A stretch of DNA of 64,000 bases from Candidatus Omnitrophota bacterium (GTDB lineage: Bacteria > Omnitrophota > Gorgyraeia > Gygaellales > Profunditerraquicolaceae): assembly GCA_018825985.1 (NCBI GenBank), contig JAHKAP010000018.1:4134-68133 (forward strand), written 5' to 3'. The notes beneath the pieces were generated by a model. The model was not told where the DNA came from. It did not search any database and worked only from the letters and a program-made list of their open reading frames with translations. Below, piece by piece: positions 61,051 through 64,000 of this stretch; within the stretch, counting starts at the first letter, position 1; every line of letters begins with the position of its first letter. A program made the translations under genes and the position numbers.

Positions 61051-61084
61051 ATAATATAAATTAGGCTAAAAGTCAAGTGAAATA

Positions 61085-61966
61085 TTAGACCTTTAGCACC
61101 CCCGAAAGGTGCTCGCTTAGCCTTATACTTTCAGTTATGACTTCATCCCAGTCTTTGTCTTTAACGGTTTCTGATTTACGTCCGGCCACGCTTCCGCAGG
61201 CATAGATGCCCTGACAATTAGTCTCCCCAAAGCCATCTACCGCTATAAACCCCTGGAATAATTCAACATTAGTCCCTTTTAAAAAATCAATAGAGCCTTC
61301 TTTTTTATCCATAAACACTACCGAGTGACAGGCTATAATCTTTCCCTCTTTGAATTTAACTGCCTGGACAACGGACTCCCCGATTATCTCTACTATCTCA
61401 CTATTGATAACTTTAATTCCGGCTGGCAAATTAAAACCGCTCATGTCCTGCGCCGATATTAGTTTGACTTCTTTATTTTTTGAAGCAATGATCCCGGCGA
61501 TATTGACAGCAAGATCACCGGTTCCGGCAATGCAGACCGTATCACTGATGAAATAATTCATAAATTCCCTAAAATCTGCAAGGGAATACAGATTAAATAC
61601 TCCTGTTTTTTTCACTCCTGTTATTTCAGGCAGGATGTGCCTCCTGCCTGAGCAGACAACCAGAAAATCGTAATTTATGACATCTTTGGTTTTTAGCTGG
61701 AGGCTTTTTTTATGGATGTTCAAAGAGGCTACTCTCTTATTTTTGATAAAATCAATGTTTTCCTTAGTATAAGAATCCTCCTTGAACTTGAGCAGTTCCT
61801 CTTCTTTAATCCTACCGGCTAATAGCTCCAGAAGCAACCTGCGGTCATAAAAAGGTGAATCTTCCTCGCTGATCAGGGTTATTGAGCAATCTTTATTATT
61901 TTCCCTTAAATTAAGGGCCAGGGTATGTCCGGATGCCGAGGCCCCGATTATGGCTATTTTTATCAT
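61085..61966 (-). CDS. FAD/NAD(P)-dependent pyridine-nucleotide-disulfide-oxidoreductase-fold protein (function unknown)
   Basis: IAIIGASASGHTLA dinucleotide motif, a second degenerate CIAGTGDLAVNIAG motif, and a C-terminal GIYACGSVAG. Confidence 0.65.
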   Translation of the reverse strand: MIKIAIIGASASGHTLALNLRENNKDCSITLISEEDSPFYDRRLLLELLAGRIKEEELLKFKEDSYTKENIDFIKNKRVASLNIHKKSLQLKTKDVINYDFLVVCSGRRHILPEITGVKKTGVFNLYSLADFREFMNYFISDTVCIAGTGDLAVNIAGIIASKNKEVKLISAQDMSGFNLPAGIKVINSEIVEIIGESVVQAVKFKEGKIIACHSVVFMDKKEGSIDFLKGTNVELFQGFIAVDGFGETNCQGIYACGSVAGRKSETVKDKDWDEVITESIRLSEHLSGVLKV

Positions 61967-61969
61967 TAT

Positions 61970-62839
61970 TTATAATTTTGCTTTATCCAAAAGCTGGGGT
62001 AGGAATTTATTCCAGCCGATAGGCATAATATGAACACCCTGGCACAATGGTTTTAATTCCTCTATAAGCCGGGAGGCTATTTCGATTGATTTGGCCTGCC
62101 TGTCTAAGGCATCTTCCATTTCCTTGATCAAGGCATCCGGCACGCTTACTCCGGAAACATTTTTATTCATGTATCTGGCCATATCCGCTGATTTCAATAA
62201 AACTATCCCCGCCAGAATCGGAACTTTAAGATGTTTGATTTTAGAAAGGAATTCTTTAAAGATTTTTACATCATACACAGCCTGGGTCTGAAAGAACTGC
62301 GCTCCAGCAGTGATCTTTTTCTCCATTTTAATAATCTGCGGTTCAATAGGTTCGGCCCCGGGATTAACCGCCGCGCCAACGCAGAATTTAGGCGCAACTC
62401 CTTCGAGCTTTGAACCATTCATATCAAAACCCTGTTGAAGCTTCTGGATAACTTGCATTAACTGAACTGAATCCAGGTCAAATACCGGCTTGGCTTCAGG
62501 GTGGTCCCCGGATAAAGGATGATCGCCGGTCAAAACCAGGATATTCTCAATACCTAAAAGCCCTGCGGATAAAATATCCGATTGGAGCGCCAGGCGGTTA
62601 CGGTCCCGACAGGTAACCTGGAATACCGGTTCAAAACCTTTCTGCTTTAATACGCCGGAAACAACCAGGGAACCCAGGCGCATCACTGAACTCTGCAGAT
62701 CAGTCACATTGATCGCGTCTACCCGGTTACGGATCAATTCAGCCTCATCTAATATGCGCTTTATATCAATACCCTTAGGAGGGCCGATTTCGGCGGTAAC
62801 CAAAAATTTAGAGCAATTTAGTTTCTCTTTAAAATTCAT
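61970..62839 (-). CDS. metF: Methylenetetrahydrofolate reductase (small, MetF-only type)
   Basis: FLVTAEIGPPKG, NVTD, QVTCRDRNRLALQSD, LVLTGD. Confidence 0.85.
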   Translation of the reverse strand: MNFKEKLNCSKFLVTAEIGPPKGIDIKRILDEAELIRNRVDAINVTDLQSSVMRLGSLVVSGVLKQKGFEPVFQVTCRDRNRLALQSDILSAGLLGIENILVLTGDHPLSGDHPEAKPVFDLDSVQLMQVIQKLQQGFDMNGSKLEGVAPKFCVGAAVNPGAEPIEPQIIKMEKKITAGAQFFQTQAVYDVKIFKEFLSKIKHLKVPILAGIVLLKSADMARYMNKNVSGVSVPDALIKEMEDALDRQAKSIEIASRLIEELKPLCQGVHIMPIGWNKFLPQLLDKAKL

Positions 62840-62856
62840 ACCCCTCCTCTTGCCAT

Positions 62857-63693
62857 CTATAGATTCGCTCCTTCTACCAGATTACGCATAAGCATAATCA
62901 CAGTCAAAGGCCCTACCCCTCCGGGGACCGGGGTGATCCAGGACGCCCTTTTGGATGCTCCTTCAAAATCAACATCTCCTACGATTTTATCCCCGACCTT
63001 ATTAATGCCTACATCAATAACTACCGCCCCTTCTTTTATCCATTCGCCCTTAACCAGGCCAGCCTTGCCTACAGCCATGATCAAAACATCGGCTCTTTTA
63101 ATATGCTCTTCTAATTTCCCGGCCTTAAAAGTCCCAATATGGCAGACTGTTACCGTCGCCAACTTCTCCAACAACAATAAACTTAAAGGCTTGCCTACAA
63201 TCTCGCTATGCCCGACTATAACTACTTCTTTGCCGGACAGGTTTAATCCTATCGAACTCAATAATTCCATTACTGCCGCGGCAGTGCAAGGTAAAATCTT
63301 AGCCTTGCCAAATATAAGCTTGCCTAAATTCAAAGGATGCATTCCTTCCACATCTTTTCCCGGGGTAATAAACTGGCTGATTTTCTTATAATCTATATGT
63401 AAAGGCAGGGGCAGTTGAATGATTATCCCATTTACCGAATTGTCCTGGTTTAATTCCTGGATAAAAGACACTAATCCTTCCCCGTTGGTAACTTTATCCA
63501 GCTGGTGCAGTTGATATTCTATACCCAGCAGATCAGCGGCCCTCTTCTGGGACTTGACATAAACTTCGCAGGCCGGATTTACTCCCACCTGAATAGAAAC
63601 TAATTTAAGTTTTTTCCCTGCGGAATTGATCTTATCCCTTAGAATGCTTTTTATCTGCTCAACCAGAATTTTACCTTCTAATAATTTTGCCAC
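62857..63693 (-). CDS. folD: Bifunctional methylene-THF dehydrogenase / methenyl-THF cyclohydrolase
   Basis: QVGVNPACEVYVKSK-like context, GIIIQLPLP, VVIVGHSEIVGKP, TPVPGGVGPLT. Confidence 0.95.
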   Translation of the reverse strand: MAKLLEGKILVEQIKSILRDKINSAGKKLKLVSIQVGVNPACEVYVKSQKRAADLLGIEYQLHQLDKVTNGEGLVSFIQELNQDNSVNGIIIQLPLPLHIDYKKISQFITPGKDVEGMHPLNLGKLIFGKAKILPCTAAAVMELLSSIGLNLSGKEVVIVGHSEIVGKPLSLLLLEKLATVTVCHIGTFKAGKLEEHIKRADVLIMAVGKAGLVKGEWIKEGAVVIDVGINKVGDKIVGDVDFEGASKRASWITPVPGGVGPLTVIMLMRNLVEGANL

Positions 63694-64000
63694 CCTCAGC
63701 CTCCAGGTCTTGACGGATCTTTCTTAACAATCTAATTTTTCCGGACAGATCTTTTCTTATGCCTTTAACCTTCCGAGCATCCTTGATATTTTTCAAGTTA
63801 ATCTCAACGTTATAATAAGCGCTGGTAAAACCCGCTTCCAGGAGTATGCCCGCCATCACCAGATCGCTGGCTAAGGCCGGGTTAATCTTCAAGGTTAAGC
63901 CCGGGAGTAATCGCATGCCTTTTAATGAAAACTCACAGGCCTTAAGCGGGACTTTTAATGATTTGTCCTTGTCTTTATTCAGGTATGCGCTGACATCCGC
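63671..64000 (-). CDS. Cyclodeaminase/cyclohydrolase-family protein (FchA/FTCD-C-like), C-terminal part; extends beyond the window
   Basis: The frame stays open upstream of the track's Met to position 64000 (ADVSAYLNKDKDKSLKVPLKACEFSLKGMRLLPGL...). The helical pattern ...AYYNVEINL... is typical of the family, and the gene is adjacent to folD. Confidence 0.6.
   Translation of the reverse strand, partial: ADVSAYLNKDKDKSLKVPLKACEFSLKGMRLLPGLTLKINPALASDLVMAGILLEAGFTSAYYNVEINLKNIKDARKVKGIRKDLSGKIRLLRKIRQDLEAEGGKIIRR

Overview
This is a 64-kb AT-rich bacterial chromosomal segment (about 40% GC by eye). All but one of the roughly 60 protein genes lie on the minus strand, tightly packed and often overlapping. 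rpmB is the only plus-strand gene. All function calls come from reading the supplied translations and recognising motifs; no database search was possible.

Gene content is mostly housekeeping:
- Left part: queH, purC, GTP-PEPCK, trxB, def, panD, pta and trxA.
- Branched-chain amino acid block: ilvD-ilvB-(HD-GYP)-ilvN-ilvC-leuA-aroE-pilD.
- Glycolysis and the SAM cycle: fba, pfkA, ahcY and metK.
- A permease-less regulatory PTS set: ptsI-ptsH-yvcK-ptsN.
- Three tRNAs: Gly-GCC, Leu-UAG and Lys-UUU.
- Translation and replication genes: frr-pyrH-tsf-rpsB, rpmB, recJ, argS and rsfS.
- A trpG-C-F-B-A cluster, then murA, prmC-prfA-rpmE-rho-coaE-glgA and polA.
- A C1 cluster: fchA-folD-metF-oxidoreductase.

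Items that stand out:
1. A stand-alone 1617-codon gene (10816..15669) with its own promoter, a structured leader and a terminator. It encodes a signal-peptide-bearing, multi-module protein. One internal module looks like a complete but circularly permuted cofactor-independent phosphoglycerate mutase, with Thr in place of the nucleophilic Ser. The modules are separated by recurring [AGS]-S-P-[IV] linkers.
2. A family of TAG/GTAG-rich intercistronic palindromic repeats (three copies), each starting at the stop codon of the upstream gene.
3. A family of GGGACA-type hairpin repeats.
4. An HD-GYP signalling protein inserted between ilvB and ilvN.
5. A cluster of seven WATCCG motifs between the divergent rpsB and rpmB promoters.
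6. At the left edge, a partial TraG-N-like membrane protein preceded by three tandem terminators.

No CRISPR array, rRNA, transposase or prophage gene is visible.
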